From contig BCKZ01000016.1 in NCBI GenBank assembly GCA_001600815.1, positions 1 to 64,000 on the forward strand: 64,000 nucleotides of DNA, given 5' to 3'. The stretch is from Alloascoidea hylecoeti. Its lineage: Eukaryota. The position numbers were made by a program, and so were the translations under genes. The notes under the pieces were generated by a model. The model worked only from the letters and a program-made list of their open reading frames with translations, was not told the origin of the DNA and made no database searches. How positions within the stretch are numbered: position 1 is the first letter of the stretch; each line of letters begins with the position of its first letter. Shown one piece after another: positions 61,781 through 64,000 of the stretch.

Positions 61781-62576
61781 ATCTATTACATGTCAAAACT
61801 ATTGAATCTTCATACTTTTATAGAAGGTTTATTAGGTGATCTTTGATATTCTACTGTTGAACTTTGAATGATGCTCCTCAAACGTATTCAAGGGGGGAGC
61901 TTTCACAGCCCTCAAAATTTAATATACTACTATATATAGTCTAGCAGCTCTTATGTTCGAGTAGGGATTACGCTAGGGGAGTTATTTTCTGTACTTATAT
62001 ATGGTGAATCGCATACTTGTACGTAGAATAATAAGCCTTCTGCTTATTTCGGGAACTAAGAAGTCATGATTCCTCGGATTACAGACGTCGACCTCTAGAT
62101 TTTATATAGTTGTAATTACTTTCTAGAATTGTTGTCACCTGAAATCTCGCTTGTTGGAATTATGGAAGACATTAATTGAATGATATATTTAAAAAGATGG
62201 GTTTTGGATAGTGTATCAAAAAGGAGTTATTCGTTTTACAATTTAGACGATTGTGGAACAAATTAAGGAGAAACACATCAGAAATTTAAACTTTTAGATC
62301 TATATTCATATGTAATTATATTAATAATTTAAGAGCTCCAGATCTTTCTCCAAATCGTTGCTATAAATTGCAAGATATAGGAATTGAAGACATGGAAAAG
62401 CTCATTCAAAAACATCATTTGGTAGATTGCAGGTTCACTGCACAGACAATTACAAGCTAAAAAAAACATTATCAATGTTATGTTCAAGCGGATTGAAGGA
62501 AGGAGGAAAGGAAGAAAGAAGAAAGGAGAAAAGTGAGAAGTCTGAGTATCAGGGAAACTTCTATATTATAAATATA

Positions 62577-64000
62577 TTATACTAAGTAAACAGAATCAAC
62601 ACATCCAAATCCAGCAGCAACTCCACCTTCGTCACTACTCTTAAACTTACTTCTTAACAGCCAACCAGATTCATAATTTACACCGTCAACAACATTCCCT
62701 TTATCATCGTATAGAATAGATCCAAATACTCCTAATTCACTAACTACATCATCTGTAATAGATTGACCTTCTCTAACAATTGTATTTTGAAAATTTGGAG
62801 GTGTTATAAGTTCCATAAGAATATATCCTGCCCATTCATCTTCTGGAATTGAATTTAAAAATGTTGGTATATTTTGTTTATAAATATTATTACCACCTCC
62901 TTCACGTTGTGGTTTTAAAACAAAATTTTCAGGATTTGAAAATGCAATTTTACGTGCTTCAAGACCTAATGGAGAATCATCAAGAGGGTATATCTTAACA
63001 AATGTATCCAATATATCATTTAAGGTCTCAGTTTTATCATTAATTGTAAATTTTGATAGAATTTCTTTATCAGTAAGTAATTGCTGGACTTTCTTAGCAC
63101 CTGCTAATTGCATTAATAAAGTTGGACATTTAATTGCCCAAGTTGTTTCTAAAGAAACTCTTGCTTTCCAATCCTTTTCACTTGTGAAATCAGAAGGAGC
63201 ATATGCTGATCTATAATAAACAACTGAAATTTCATCACCACTTTCATTATGATATAAATGACCAGTTTTTGATATATTTGTTTTTGATTCAATATCTGAA
63301 AGTGTTAAACGATAAGATTTAATGTTATACTTTGAAAATAAATAATTGGTAACTTTTGTTTGATCAAATATATTTCGTTCATTTGGTTGAACAATCATTA
63401 ATATAGCAGTTGATGATTCAGAATTTGAATTTGATGATGATAATGATGATTTCAAATAAGCATTATGACCAGATGCTAAACCTTTTGCTATTTCAAATGC
63501 AGATTTAGATTCAGGTAATGAATCTAAAGAATATTCAATATTATTATTATTATTTGTATCAATTGATTTTGAGTGATTATTATAAACTCCAGATGAATAT
63601 AAATAACGATGTAGATCTGCGACTAATGTACTTAATCCACCAAAAGATACAGAAATTGTATTAAATTCAATTTGTTTAATTACAAATTCATCTTTTGATT
63701 TTTGATGTATCATATAATCAGATCTAAAAATTCCAAGTGATAATTTTTGTTTAATTCCAATTTTTTTTGATAATTGATATGATTCCCATAATTTCCCTGT
63801 AAATGATTTGTCATACTTTGATAGATCTTCAAGTATATTACTAAGCCATTCTTCATCAGAAGCAACTTTTACGTATAGTTGATTGAATCTTTTTTGAACT
63901 TCAAGGGCCTTGTGAAAAGATGAGGCAGGAAATGGAGAGGGATAAACTGTAGTTGGAGCATGAGTTGATGAAGAACCTGTAAAATTGGGTGGATACATTG
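62577..64000 (-). CDS. GSH2: Glutathione synthetase (5' end outside window)
   Basis: LGIFRSDYM, KQIEFNTISVSFGGL, VVYYRSAYAP, LAGAKKVQQ, FVLKPQREGGGNN, SELGVFG, EGGVAAGFGCVDS. Confidence 0.95.
   Translation of the reverse strand, partial: MYPPNFTGSSSTHAPTTVYPSPFPASSFHKALEVQKRFNQLYVKVASDEEWLSNILEDLSKYDKSFTGKLWESYQLSKKIGIKQKLSLGIFRSDYMIHQKSKDEFVIKQIEFNTISVSFGGLSTLVADLHRYLYSSGVYNNHSKSIDTNNNNNIEYSLDSLPESKSAFEIAKGLASGHNAYLKSSLSSSNSNSESSTAILMIVQPNERNIFDQTKVTNYLFSKYNIKSYRLTLSDIESKTNISKTGHLYHNESGDEISVVYYRSAYAPSDFTSEKDWKARVSLETTWAIKCPTLLMQLAGAKKVQQLLTDKEILSKFTINDKTETLNDILDTFVKIYPLDDSPLGLEARKIAFSNPENFVLKPQREGGGNNIYKQNIPTFLNSIPEDEWAGYILMELITPPNFQNTIVREGQSITDDVVSELGVFGSILYDDKGNVVDGVNYESGWLLRSKFKSSDEGGVAAGFGCVDSVYLV

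Noticed and set aside
61890..61899. AAGGGGGGAG as an LTR polypurine tract
   Set aside because: No TG...CA LTR or gag/pol remnant; the adjacent coding relic is a Tc1 transposase.

Overview
AT-rich eukaryotic DNA from a fungus, by inference an early-diverging budding yeast. The evidence is yeast-type gene content, short spliceosomal introns (GTAAGT/GTATGT...CTAAC...YAG) and Reb1/Cbf1/MCB/PACE-like promoter motifs. Left to right the window holds: four Ser/Thr-rich GPI cell-wall genes (three with the Ccw12/Sed1 TTYCP motif) around a Cld1-like hydrolase; a Gcn4/JlbA/IDI-4-like bZIP ORF with no usable in-frame ATG; an intact ORF resembling a truncated, catalytically dead fungal NLR (helical N-terminus + NB-ARC); an M1 aminopeptidase divergent from YDJ1; MMS19; two GRE2-like reductases; RNH201; a degenerate Arf-like protein; SEC23; a Ser-rich protein; IMP4; an F-box/WD40 pseudogene spanning an N gap; DNF3; PHO2; a Tc1-family transposase relic; and part of GSH2. 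Intergenic DNA carries long imperfect inverted repeats and dispersed degenerate repeats. Best leads are the AUG-less bZIP, the pseudo-NB-ARC NLR-like gene in a yeast, and the pseudo-GTPase Arf. Family calls come from motif recognition by eye; no database search was run.
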